Below are positions 1 to 8,315 of a stretch of 36,744 nucleotides of DNA, in pieces. This DNA comes from Candidatus Nomurabacteria bacterium (GTDB taxonomy: Bacteria > Patescibacteriota > Minisyncoccia > Phycocordibacterales > UBA9973): the NCBI GenBank assembly GCA_943350045.1, contig CALQZW010000002.1, forward strand, positions 1-36,744, written 5' to 3'. Under the pieces are notes generated by a model, which worked only from the letters and a program-made list of their open reading frames with translations, did not search any database and was not told the DNA's origin. The position numbers were made by a program, and so were the translations under genes. Numbering within the stretch: the first letter of the stretch is position 1; every line of letters starts with the position of its first letter.

Positions 1-74
1 GCGCAGTGAAGGGAATGCTTCCAGCAAATCGCCTTCGCCCAGTTATTATGAAGAACCTTACCGTAACAGAGTAA
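1..74 (+). CDS. rplM: 50S ribosomal protein L13, C-terminal fragment (5' end outside window)
   Basis: The frame starting at nt 3 reads AVKGMLPANRLRPVIMKNLTVTE* (TAA 72-74). AVxGMLPxNxL is the conserved L13 C-terminal block. The fragment lies directly upstream of rpsI, as in the universal rplM-rpsI pair. Confidence 0.7.
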   Translation, partial: AVKGMLPANRLRPVIMKNLTVTE

Positions 75-78
75 TTGT

Positions 79-480
79 ATGTCAGAAAAGAAACAGTACA
101 CTGAGAAAATCGGACGCCGCAAGACAAGTACTTGCCGCGTACGCGTAACACCAAGTACGAAGAGTTCATTTATCGTCAATGGTATTGACGTGAAAGAGTA
201 CTTCAAGACTCCTACGCTGACTAAGGTTGTAAATGATGCAATCAAGCTCGCAGACCGCGAAGAGAAATATGAGATTTCTGTAGTGGTTAACGGCGGAGGA
301 ATTCATTCACAGGCTGAAGCAGTACGCCACGGTCTCGCTCGCTACTTCTCTGAATTTTCAGAAGAGACAAAGACTAAGCTCAAGAAAGAAGGCTTCCTCA
401 AGCGTGACCCACGTTCAAAGGAGCGCCGAAAGTTCGGTCTCAAGAAGGCCCGCAAAGCCCCACAGTGGTCAAAGCGTTAA
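79..480 (+). CDS. rpsI: 30S ribosomal protein S9
   Basis: 133-aa ORF with the GRRKTSxxRV N-terminal block and a C-terminal RRKFGLKKARKAPQWSKR tail, both typical of uS9. Confidence 0.95.
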   Translation: MSEKKQYTEKIGRRKTSTCRVRVTPSTKSSFIVNGIDVKEYFKTPTLTKVVNDAIKLADREEKYEISVVVNGGGIHSQAEAVRHGLARYFSEFSEETKTKLKKEGFLKRDPRSKERRKFGLKKARKAPQWSKR

Positions 481-496
481 GCTCTCGTTTTCTCAA

Positions 497-524
497 AAAA
501 CACCCAGAAATGGGTGTTTTTTAT
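497..524 (+). terminator. intrinsic terminator after rpsI
   Basis: Stem CACCCA (501-506) / TGGGTG (511-516) with a GAAA loop, followed by T6. Confidence 0.8.
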
Positions 525-539
525 TGTGTATAAGGGGTA

Positions 540-568
540 TTGACTATATATCATATTGGTGATATAAT
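540..568 (+). promoter_or_regulatory. sigma70-type promoter
   Basis: TTGACT (540-545), 17 nt spacer, then TATAAT (563-568) preceded by an extended -10 TG (560-561). Confidence 0.6.
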
Positions 569-602
569 ATGAATATTCTTTCACAATTAAAAACAATAAA
601 AC

Positions 603-935
603 GTGAACAACACAGAAACTGCGAGAATTCGCATGAGTATCGAGACACATGCCTCACAAAAATATAGTGAGGTAATGATTAATGTAGTATTATTGACAAT
701 CCTTGGATTGGGGCTTCTGATTTGGAGTGAGGTCTATCCATCGATGATATTTGCGCTTAAGGTTATTTGCAAAATAGCCGTAACTTTCTTCACTGGTTGT
801 TTCGGATATATTCTTGTTCAACATTCACGTAAGCTTAAAGCAAACAAGAATCAGTTAATCGAGATTCTTCGCGATTCCACTTCGGAAGAAGATTTTTGGA
901 ATAACGAAAAAGTTGGAGAAATAATGTATTCTTAG
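603..935 (+). CDS. hypothetical small membrane protein
   Basis: 110-aa ORF starting at GTG 603 (alternative ATG 633). It has two hydrophobic helices (VMINVVLLTILGLGLLIW and ICKIAVTFFTGCFGYILV). I recognise no family. Confidence 0.5.
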   Translation: MNNTETARIRMSIETHASQKYSEVMINVVLLTILGLGLLIWSEVYPSMIFALKVICKIAVTFFTGCFGYILVQHSRKLKANKNQLIEILRDSTSEEDFWNNEKVGEIMYS

Positions 936-956
936 AATTAAACTATGTGTAGTTAC

Positions 957-988
957 GACCACCTCAGAACATCGAGGTGGTTTTTTTA
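957..988 (+). terminator. intrinsic terminator
   Basis: Stem CCACCTC (959-965) / GAGGTGG (974-980), followed by T7. Confidence 0.8.
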
Positions 989-1006
989 TTTTGCTATACT
1001 CTAGGC

Positions 1007-1276
1007 ATGCAGTCATTTACTGAAAAAGTCATCGCTATTGTACAAGCGATTCCAAAAGGCAAGACAATGACATACAAAGAGGTTGCACAAAAGGCAGGCA
1101 GTCCAGGCGCTTCTCGGGCTGTTGGATCTATCATGAAGGCAAATTATAACCCAAGCATTCCATGTCACCGTGTGGTGCGTTCTGACGGCATTGTGGGGGA
1201 ATATAACAGAGGCAGGGAAGAGAAAATCCGTAAACTCATAGCCGAAGGAGCGCTTCCGAAAGGTACTCTCCGTTAA
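1007..1276 (+). CDS. MGMT-family protein (standalone O6-alkylguanine-DNA alkyltransferase DNA-binding domain)
   Basis: Contains the PCHRVV active-site motif and the SPGASRAVG helix. At about 89 aa it has only the C-terminal Ogt domain. I moved the start from 977 to ATG 1007 because 957-988 is a terminator and a TGcTATACT -10 box lies at 992-1000. Confidence 0.8.
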   Translation: MQSFTEKVIAIVQAIPKGKTMTYKEVAQKAGSPGASRAVGSIMKANYNPSIPCHRVVRSDGIVGEYNRGREEKIRKLIAEGALPKGTLR

Positions 1277-1310
1277 TGCCAAGCCCTATCATTTTTGGTA
1301 TACTAAAGAC

Positions 1311-1724
1311 ATGAAAATACAGTTAAACCTTACAACTTCTATTGTCATCGTTGTTGCCACTATTGTTGGATTTTTCTTCTTACTTAACCGTGAAGTTCCC
1401 GAGTCTACTCGTGCAAATACTCCTTCGCAGGTGGCAGAAAAAATCGCCGTTGGTCCTGAGGATCTACAGGTCTCATTTTCTTGTCAGGCAGGTAAAAGTA
1501 TTCTCGCAGTATTTCATCTCACTGCAACACGTGAGCTTGATATTGCGCTTTCAGATGGCCGAATCATTAGCATGCAATATGTTGCAAACGACGAGAACCC
1601 TCACTACGAAACCACTGACGGCAAGATTCGTTTCTGGTCTACTGGAGACGTAACATTCCTTACTGAAGACGGTCAACAAACATATTCTGAATGTGTGCTG
1701 GCGAATGGGCCGATGGGGGTTTAG
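1311..1724 (+). CDS. membrane-anchored hypothetical protein (weak MliC/lipocalin-like pattern)
   Basis: 137-aa ORF with an N-terminal TM helix (IVIVVATIVGFFFLL). The C-terminal roughly 80 aa carry a Cys pair (SFSC...SEC) and a G.IRFW..GD pattern reminiscent of MliC-type beta-barrels. The family call is weak. Confidence 0.6.
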   Translation: MKIQLNLTTSIVIVVATIVGFFFLLNREVPESTRANTPSQVAEKIAVGPEDLQVSFSCQAGKSILAVFHLTATRELDIALSDGRIISMQYVANDENPHYETTDGKIRFWSTGDVTFLTEDGQQTYSECVLANGPMGV

Positions 1725-1745
1725 TTATTCCACAAAATGTATCTG

Positions 1746-1778
1746 AAATCCGTAGCACTGCGTTACGGATTTTTTTCA
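1746..1778 (+). terminator. intrinsic terminator
   Basis: Stem ATCCGTA (1748-1754) / TACGGAT (1764-1770), followed by T7. Confidence 0.8.
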
Positions 1779-1824
1779 TGAAAATTTTAGAATGTTCTTA
1801 TGACAGATTTTGCATACTATGGGT

Positions 1825-4800
1825 ATGGAAAATTCACGTAATGCAATTCTGGTAGGGTTCTGGTGCACATTATCACTCGTGTATGCAATGACAGCTAGTG
1901 TTCCGTTTGCTCGTGCTGAGACTCTTGTTCCGCGTGATCTTCGTATATCTGAAGACACAACATGGAGTCTGGCAGGAAGCCCGTACATCGTCTCTGGAAG
2001 GCCTGTAGTGAGCTCTGGAGTCACTCTGACAATTGAGCCAGGGGTTACAGTAAAGTTTACTCAAAATGAAAATAGCGGACTGGAAGTCGCGGGAAAAATT
2101 TCCGCAGTCGGCTCTGAGAGCGACCCGATTGTCTTTACTACAATGAAAGAAAACTATCCCGGCATTTCTGAGTACAACGGAATTGGAATTCTCACAGGAG
2201 GTATTGCCGACTTTAAGCATATTAAAGTTCTTCATGCTCAATATGCGATTTACGGAACAAAATCTACTATTACTCTTGAAGACTCATTTATCGCCGACGC
2301 ATATCACGGAATGTCTGCGACAGACAGTGCTCTTACGCTCAATCGAAACACGTTCATTCGTCTTGATCGACCGGTGATTATAGACACGGGAACGGCTGGT
2401 CGGTTGAGTAATAGCAATAACACAATTACGGAAAGTCGGTACGATCCAAACGGAATTCGTATTCTCTCGGGCGTGACAGACCCGCATCAGATTGAACTAA
2501 AGAAGGACGTTCCATATATTTTTACCGGAGGTATGCAGTTCGATTCAAATTTCAGTAGATTGCTTGTGCAAGAAGGTGCTGAAATTCAAATGGCGCTTTG
2601 GAATGGAGCAGGTTCAGCTGATAGAAGTTTAAACTTTAGAAATGGGCAGTATTTAACCGTACAGGGAACAAAGGAAAACCCCGTAAAGTTTAATGGAATT
2701 ATTCGCGCAAGTTTTGGTTCAATATTGCAACTAAAACATGCCGAGCTCTCAAACTACTCAGGCGCAGTTCTAACAATTAGTCATGGGGCAAAGCTCGATG
2801 CGCAGCAGTCTCGTATATATGGCGGGGCGAGTATTGGAGTTGTGAGTATGAACGATGCGATTGTAACGCTTACCGAAACCGACATGGAAGATGTGCGTAT
2901 CGGAATTCAGGTATCAGACGGAGGAAAGGCTTCGATGCTTGCGGGGAAGATAACAGGAGCAGAGTATGCAGTGTTTTTGGCGGGAGGAGGAGAGATTAGT
3001 CTGCATAGTGCTTCTGTGACAGGAAATCAAAAAGGAATATATTCCAAGGATACATCTGCTAAAGGAGACAATACTGTACGAGTATTTCAAAGTACGATAT
3101 CCAACAACGGTACTGGTTTTGTTTTAGAAGACGCGATTCCGTTCATCTTTCAAAACACAATCGAGAACAATGGAATAGGAGCACAGGCTCTAGATGATGG
3201 ACCTGTGGTGGGAATGGAAAACAACTGGTGGGGAGATACAACTGGTCCATATAATGCAGAAACAAACTCTGAAGGACTGGGTAATTCAGTAACACAGAAA
3301 ATCGATTTTGACCCATGGCTTGGAGAGCGTGCCTTTGAGTCACCGACAGATGGTGGTTCTGACGATGGAGGCGGTGATACTGGTGGGGGTACTGACGGAG
3401 GAGGAAATGGAGATGATGGCGGAGAAGATGAAGAGACTCCTCCTGCTCTGACTCCCGTACTCCTTATTCCAGGAAACATGGGAAGTGAGCTAATTAAAAA
3501 CTACGGAGATTCTGCCGAGGCCTGGCTCAATCTTACTCGCCTTATCCTCTCACCAACAGATGCGTTTTTGAACGAACTCGCACTCCTGCCAAATGGAATA
3601 GAAGATTCTGCTCGCCCGATGAAGATTGGGGAAATGATACGATCGGTCACTCCGCCAATTGGTGATGAAGTCTCTATTTACAACAATCTGATTAAAACAT
3701 TTATCGACGCCGGATATGTCGAAGGAGAGTCCCTGTTTGTTTTTCCGTACGATTGGCGAATGAGTGTCTCGACCATTGCACCGCTTCTTGCGACGAAAAT
3801 ATATGAAATACAATCTGAAACAAATGCTCCAAAAGTGCACCTTGTGGGACACAGTATGGGTGGGTTGGTAGCAAAGCAGTATATGGCAGATTTCGGGGGC
3901 GAAGCGGTGGCCTCTGTTGCGTTCATTGGAACACCACACCTCGGATCAATGAAGGCCACGAAAATGCTTTTGTACGGAGACAGTATGGGGCTTGGTATTG
4001 GGAAAGTTAAAGTACTTAATGCAAATAGAGCAAAGACAATTTCTCAGAACATGCCGGGAGTATATGACTTACTACCGAGTAAAAAATATACCGAACTTGC
4101 TCGGGAAGCACTGTTTTCTCACTATGATTCAGAAGAAGCACACACAACTATTCTCGGGTATGATCACGAGAATACAAAAGGGTACATGGTTTCAGCTGGA
4201 AGCAATGAACAGCTCATTCCGAGGTCAGAAATTGTACATGAAGAAATCGATTCATTCTCTGCTGGAAGTATTCCCGTATACAATTTTGTTGGATGTACTG
4301 AAGGTGGACAGGATTCGGCGACGATAAGTGCAATACAACTCAAGAATCGTATGGCACTCGGTCTCGACGGCAAGAAGCGAATCAAGAGTGACTATCAACT
4401 CTTGTATACGAGTGGCGATGGAATCGTGTCGAGCCTCTCGGCTAGTAGCGTGCCGGCATCGCAAACATACATGGTGAAAGATACATCGCACACCAGCTTG
4501 CCGTCATCAAGTGGTCTAGGTTCGGTTTTACTCGCATACTATAAACAGGAAACACCTGTACTCTCTGGTGCGGTGAGTGCTATGACAACTGAATGTTCTG
4601 TCTTGGGAAAGGCAATCAGTATTCATGGCCCTGTGCATGTTTCAGTTGTAGATGCAGGTGGTAATAAAACCGAAGCTGACGCTGACGGAACGATAACTGA
4701 GGCAATTACGGGAGTGAGCTACACTCAAATCGATGACGTTACTTTTGTGTACGTTCCGCATGCTTTTACAGGAGAAATTCAAATTACTCCAAAAGAGTCT

Positions 4801-5778
4801 CCGGCAAGTTTTGATGTATATGTACGATCACTTTCCGCTACTGCAGAAGTAGAAAGTCAGACACTATTCTCGCAGATTCCAATACAGACTGGTTCTGTAT
4901 ATTCACTCGCGATTAGTCCAGCGCAGGAAGTGAGTGTTGTTTTAGAAGAAGAGCAAGACTCGACAATGCTAAGTCATGCAATTACTGCTCAAGTGAGTGG
5001 AGAAGAGTCTTCAGATATTACACCGCCTGCGACTTCTGTTTCAGTAGAAAATGGCACAGTTACTTTGGTTTCGACCGATGGTCTCGCTGGAGTACTACGT
5101 ACAGAATACTCAGAAAACCAAGAGGATTGGACTGCGTATACTGAACCATTCAATGCGTCCGGAAAGCGGATTTGGTACATGGCAACGGACATGGCTGGGA
5201 ACATAGAAGAGGTGCAGTATGTAGATGTTCCAGAAGTTGAAATTGTCTCCGGTGGAGATGGGCAAAATGATGGTGGTGAAGGTGGTACTGGTGACGATGA
5301 AGATTCCGGCACAACATCGGGTGGTGGAGGAGGCACAAGTACTGGCGGTGGAGGTACTGCAAGCGGTGGCGGATATGGTGGAGGCTACACTGGCGGATAT
5401 GGCGGAACAATTGATGATGAAACGAACCCAATACCAACGCCCGAGCCTCAGCCTGAAATAATTCCTGATACTGAAGAAACCACTCCGGAAGTCAGTGAAC
5501 CTATTACTGAAATACTGCCAATGACTGCAATCGAGTTTCGTTCTGAAGTCGCTCGTTTTGCAGTGCCAAGAAAACTTGTCACTCCGGATACTAGTCTCGC
5601 GCAAAAAGCGGATACGGTAGAGAAGGCTGTTCCAGCCGTCTCGGCAAGTGTTGGCAGTGTTTGGATTTCCCAAGCAACCAAGGTTGCCCTGAGTGTATTG
5701 AGTTTATTGCTAATTGTGATTATCATTATCCTTGTGAAGGCAATACGAAAGGAAGAGGATCACTATTTACAAACATAA
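1825..5778 (+). CDS. giant secreted, C-terminally membrane-anchored protein: right-handed beta-helix + LCAT-like alpha/beta-hydrolase (lipase/acyltransferase) + Ig-like/beta-sandwich domains
   Basis: The ORF is open from 1810 (TTG). ATG 1825 lies 6 nt after a TGcATACT box and gives a signal peptide (MENSRNAILVGFWCTLSLVYAMTASVPFARA|E). The N-terminal roughly 480 aa hold repetitive beta-helix (PbH1-like) segments ending in NNWWGDTTGPYN. The lipase core has PVLLIPGNMGSEL, FPYDWR and the nucleophile elbow GHSMGG. A later domain has the D.AGN.E pattern (ATDMAGNIEE). There are two G/D/T-rich linkers and a P/E/T stalk. The final TM helix (VALSVLSLLLIVIIIILV) is followed by KAIRKEE. Confidence 0.85.
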   Translation: MENSRNAILVGFWCTLSLVYAMTASVPFARAETLVPRDLRISEDTTWSLAGSPYIVSGRPVVSSGVTLTIEPGVTVKFTQNENSGLEVAGKISAVGSESDPIVFTTMKENYPGISEYNGIGILTGGIADFKHIKVLHAQYAIYGTKSTITLEDSFIADAYHGMSATDSALTLNRNTFIRLDRPVIIDTGTAGRLSNSNNTITESRYDPNGIRILSGVTDPHQIELKKDVPYIFTGGMQFDSNFSRLLVQEGAEIQMALWNGAGSADRSLNFRNGQYLTVQGTKENPVKFNGIIRASFGSILQLKHAELSNYSGAVLTISHGAKLDAQQSRIYGGASIGVVSMNDAIVTLTETDMEDVRIGIQVSDGGKASMLAGKITGAEYAVFLAGGGEISLHSASVTGNQKGIYSKDTSAKGDNTVRVFQSTISNNGTGFVLEDAIPFIFQNTIENNGIGAQALDDGPVVGMENNWWGDTTGPYNAETNSEGLGNSVTQKIDFDPWLGERAFESPTDGGSDDGGGDTGGGTDGGGNGDDGGEDEETPPALTPVLLIPGNMGSELIKNYGDSAEAWLNLTRLILSPTDAFLNELALLPNGIEDSARPMKIGEMIRSVTPPIGDEVSIYNNLIKTFIDAGYVEGESLFVFPYDWRMSVSTIAPLLATKIYEIQSETNAPKVHLVGHSMGGLVAKQYMADFGGEAVASVAFIGTPHLGSMKATKMLLYGDSMGLGIGKVKVLNANRAKTISQNMPGVYDLLPSKKYTELAREALFSHYDSEEAHTTILGYDHENTKGYMVSAGSNEQLIPRSEIVHEEIDSFSAGSIPVYNFVGCTEGGQDSATISAIQLKNRMALGLDGKKRIKSDYQLLYTSGDGIVSSLSASSVPASQTYMVKDTSHTSLPSSSGLGSVLLAYYKQETPVLSGAVSAMTTECSVLGKAISIHGPVHVSVVDAGGNKTEADADGTITEAITGVSYTQIDDVTFVYVPHAFTGEIQITPKESPASFDVYVRSLSATAEVESQTLFSQIPIQTGSVYSLAISPAQEVSVVLEEEQDSTMLSHAITAQVSGEESSDITPPATSVSVENGTVTLVSTDGLAGVLRTEYSENQEDWTAYTEPFNASGKRIWYMATDMAGNIEEVQYVDVPEVEIVSGGDGQNDGGEGGTGDDEDSGTTSGGGGGTSTGGGGTASGGGYGGGYTGGYGGTIDDETNPIPTPEPQPEIIPDTEETTPEVSEPITEILPMTAIEFRSEVARFAVPRKLVTPDTSLAQKADTVEKAVPAVSASVGSVWISQATKVALSVLSLLLIVIIIILVKAIRKEEDHYLQT

Positions 5779-5810
5779 CACTCCGTACAGCACTGTACGA
5801 AAAAAAACAG

Positions 5811-6359
5811 ATGGAAACACAGACAATAGTATTTGGTGGAGGATGTTTTTGGTGCACTGAGGCAGTCTTTCAGTCACTTCGTGGAGTCATATCAGTGGAG
5901 CCTGGATACGCAGGTGGAACTACTGAAAATCCGACATATGAAGACATTTGCACGGGTACGACAGGACATGCCGAAGTTGTGCGTATTGTATACAATCCGC
6001 AGGAAGTGAGTACAGAAGATCTGCTCACCGTCTTCTTTGCAACCCACGACCCAACACAGCTCAACAAACAGGGAAATGATGTCGGAACGCAATACCGCTC
6101 CGTTGTGTTCTTTACTACTGCCGAACAAGAATCTCTCGCAAAGAGTGTCATAGCGGATATTCAGAGTTCTTCAGATTTAGGCGGACCGATTGTTACTGAA
6201 GTGCTTCCGCTTCCAACTTTCTATCCTGCCGAGGAATACCACAAAAACTACTTCGCTCGCAATCCAGAGAAGGCGTACTGTCAGATTGTCATCAACCCAA
6301 AGATTGCAAAAGTGCAGGAAAAGTTTGCACAGCTTCTCGTTTCCAATTCTGCGAAATAG
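5811..6359 (+). CDS. msrA: peptide-methionine (S)-S-oxide reductase
   Basis: Contains the GGGCFWCTEAVF catalytic motif, plus GHAEVVRIVYNP and QYRS. Start set at ATG 5811; the track ORF start at 5661 overlaps the preceding gene. Confidence 0.9.
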   Translation: METQTIVFGGGCFWCTEAVFQSLRGVISVEPGYAGGTTENPTYEDICTGTTGHAEVVRIVYNPQEVSTEDLLTVFFATHDPTQLNKQGNDVGTQYRSVVFFTTAEQESLAKSVIADIQSSSDLGGPIVTEVLPLPTFYPAEEYHKNYFARNPEKAYCQIVINPKIAKVQEKFAQLLVSNSAK

Positions 6360-6374
6360 CAGTACAATGGGTAG

Positions 6375-7607
6375 ATGAACGAACGTTCACAAGCCCCATA
6401 TATTCTGCACGCCGACGGAGACTCGTTCTTTGTGGCCTGTGAGCTTACAAAACGCCCTGACCTTGTTGGTAAGCCTGTTATTGTAGGCGAAGACCGTGGT
6501 ATCGCGGCGGCTATGAGCTATGAAGCCAAAAAGATGGGAGTAACTCGCGCCATGTCTGTTTTTGAGATTAAGCGACTATATCCAGAAGTCGTGATTTTAA
6601 ACCACAGCTTTGCGCTGTATCGAGAAATTTCTGACAAGATGTATGAGATTATTTCTTCGTACCTCGACGTCGTCCAGCGGTACAGTATTGATGAATGTTT
6701 TGCCGAAGTGTCGCACGCTGATATTCGTTTCTATGGAGGTCTTGAAAAACTCGCGCATACAATCCAAGATGACATCCGACACCAGCTCGGAGTGACATAT
6801 TCATTTGGAATTGGGCGCACAAAATCTTTGGCAAAAATTGCATCCAAGATGCGAAAGCCAAATGGCTGTGTTGTCATTGAAACCGAAGTGCAGGAAATCG
6901 AAGCACTCAAGAAAACTCCGATTGACGACGTGTGGGGTCTTGGCAGACGAACTTCGCCACGGCTCATAAACATGGGAATACATACGGCACATACGTTTAC
7001 TCAGTATTCATCTACAACTATTGCACGCTTTTTCTCCGAGCCCGTTGTCGATATTCAGCAAGAACTTCTTGGGAACAGGCGCCTGCATGTCGAAGGCTCT
7101 CACGATCCGCGAGACCAGAAGTCACTCCAGAGTACGAGTACGTTTCGTCCATCATCAAACATTCCATCTGTGATTTGGTCCGAACTCGCAGAGAATATCG
7201 AACACGCATGTCGCCGTGCGCGTAAGCTCGGACTGCAGACAAAACAGATTTCCTTCTTTGTAAAAAGTCGTGAGTTTGTGTACCGCACTGCCGATGTTCG
7301 TTTGTCTCATTACACGTCTGAACCGGGTGCAATCTTAAATGCAATCGAGCAGGCTTTTGCAGAAATATTGATAGAAGGAGAAATGATACGTGCAACTGGA
7401 ATCACTCTGCAGTCTTTGGTGAAAGTTGAACACGTGCAAGACGATCTGTTTGGCCTCCAGAGAGATTCTCAGAAAGTAGTGGACGTAGAACTGGCTGTAG
7501 ATGGTATGCGAAAAAAATATGGCAACGGTGCTGTTCGCCGAGTCTCGTCGCTTCGGGCGAAAACGCACACTGATTTCGACGCTTTTCACCCTCGGGCACA
7601 AATTTGA
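6375..7607 (+). CDS. dinB: DNA polymerase IV (Y-family)
   Basis: 410-aa ORF with the HADGDSFFVACE catalytic N-terminus, SIDECF and GIGRTKSLAKIASKMRKPNG, all typical of the DinB/UmuC family. Confidence 0.9.
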   Translation: MNERSQAPYILHADGDSFFVACELTKRPDLVGKPVIVGEDRGIAAAMSYEAKKMGVTRAMSVFEIKRLYPEVVILNHSFALYREISDKMYEIISSYLDVVQRYSIDECFAEVSHADIRFYGGLEKLAHTIQDDIRHQLGVTYSFGIGRTKSLAKIASKMRKPNGCVVIETEVQEIEALKKTPIDDVWGLGRRTSPRLINMGIHTAHTFTQYSSTTIARFFSEPVVDIQQELLGNRRLHVEGSHDPRDQKSLQSTSTFRPSSNIPSVIWSELAENIEHACRRARKLGLQTKQISFFVKSREFVYRTADVRLSHYTSEPGAILNAIEQAFAEILIEGEMIRATGITLQSLVKVEHVQDDLFGLQRDSQKVVDVELAVDGMRKKYGNGAVRRVSSLRAKTHTDFDAFHPRAQI

Positions 7608-7623
7608 TATACTGTCATGCAGT

Positions 7624-7980
7624 ATGTACCGAAAGCGCTACGAAGACTCATATTTAGATGCCGAGGAAGATGAATTCGGAGGAATGACTCTCAACGATGC
7701 CGACAAGGTTCTTTTTCTCGTGCGAAAGACGATAAAAGGAGAGAATGACCGTATGCTTATAGAAAAACTGACCGATCGCATGTGTGTACAAGCAGAACTC
7801 AACGGATCTATTGGTATAGGTGCCCTAGAAGGCCTAAAAAGCCTCGTAGACGGGTATTTCGATGCTCAGATGGTCAAAGAGGCGACTGAAACTCTGGCGC
7901 GTATTCTAGAGGTCGCTGAGCGTATTGGAGACAAAGAATTGTATTATTTTGCCACCGACAAAATGTTGGAAATAGTATAA
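7624..7980 (+). CDS. hypothetical acidic helical protein
   Basis: 118 aa from ATG 7624, which lies 10 nt after TGaTATACT (7605-7613). The track ORF start at 7501 overlaps dinB. I recognise no family. Confidence 0.5.
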   Translation: MYRKRYEDSYLDAEEDEFGGMTLNDADKVLFLVRKTIKGENDRMLIEKLTDRMCVQAELNGSIGIGALEGLKSLVDGYFDAQMVKEATETLARILEVAERIGDKELYYFATDKMLEIV

Positions 7981-7992
7981 AGTAAGGGACAT

Positions 7993-8250
7993 ATGGAAAC
8001 ATCACAGGAAGAACAAAAGAAGGCAGTTATTAAACAGGAACTGCAGGAAAAAATGACGGGGTATATTGTCACCGCGCTCGGTATCGTTGCCGGACTTGCC
8101 TGGAACGACGCAATTTCTGAGGCGATCAAGATATTCTTTCCGATGGAATCGGGCTCACTCATCGCCAAGTTCGTATACGCAATCATTATCACAGTAGTCA
8201 TCGTGATTCTCTCTCGTTCGCTGATGCGAGTGCTTGGTCCGAAGAAATAG
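7993..8250 (+). CDS. small membrane protein (2 TM)
   Basis: 85-aa ORF with a charged N-terminus followed by two hydrophobic helices (GYIVTALGIVAGLAW and IAKFVYAIIITVVIVIL). Family uncertain. Confidence 0.55.
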   Translation: METSQEEQKKAVIKQELQEKMTGYIVTALGIVAGLAWNDAISEAIKIFFPMESGSLIAKFVYAIIITVVIVILSRSLMRVLGPKK

Positions 8251-8268
8251 CTCGGGCTTACACAAGGT

Positions 8269-8296
8269 TTGACTTTTCTGCATTTTAATGTATAAA
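8269..8296 (+). promoter_or_regulatory. sigma70-type promoter
   Basis: TTGACT (8269-8274), 16 nt spacer, TATAAA (8291-8296). A short hairpin AAGAAAAA/TTTTTCTT lies just before ATG 8316. Confidence 0.45.
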
Positions 8297-8315
8297 TAAG
8301 AAAAATCTTTTTCTT

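Noticed and set aside
977-1006. Upstream start (977) for the MGMT-like gene
   Set aside because: The first 30 nt would lie inside the terminator hairpin and T-run of the preceding gene. ATG 1007 is positioned 6 nt after a TGcTATACT box.
3350-5400. GGT/GAT-rich repetitive DNA at 3350-3430 and 5260-5400
   Set aside because: These tracts are in frame within the giant surface-protein gene and encode Gly/Asp/Thr linkers. They are low-complexity coding sequence, not an independent repeat element.
5661-5810. Long N-terminal extension of msrA (track start 5661)
   Set aside because: The extension overlaps the 3' end of the giant surface-protein gene. The conserved MsrA sequence begins at ATG 5811 (METQTIVFGGGCFWC).
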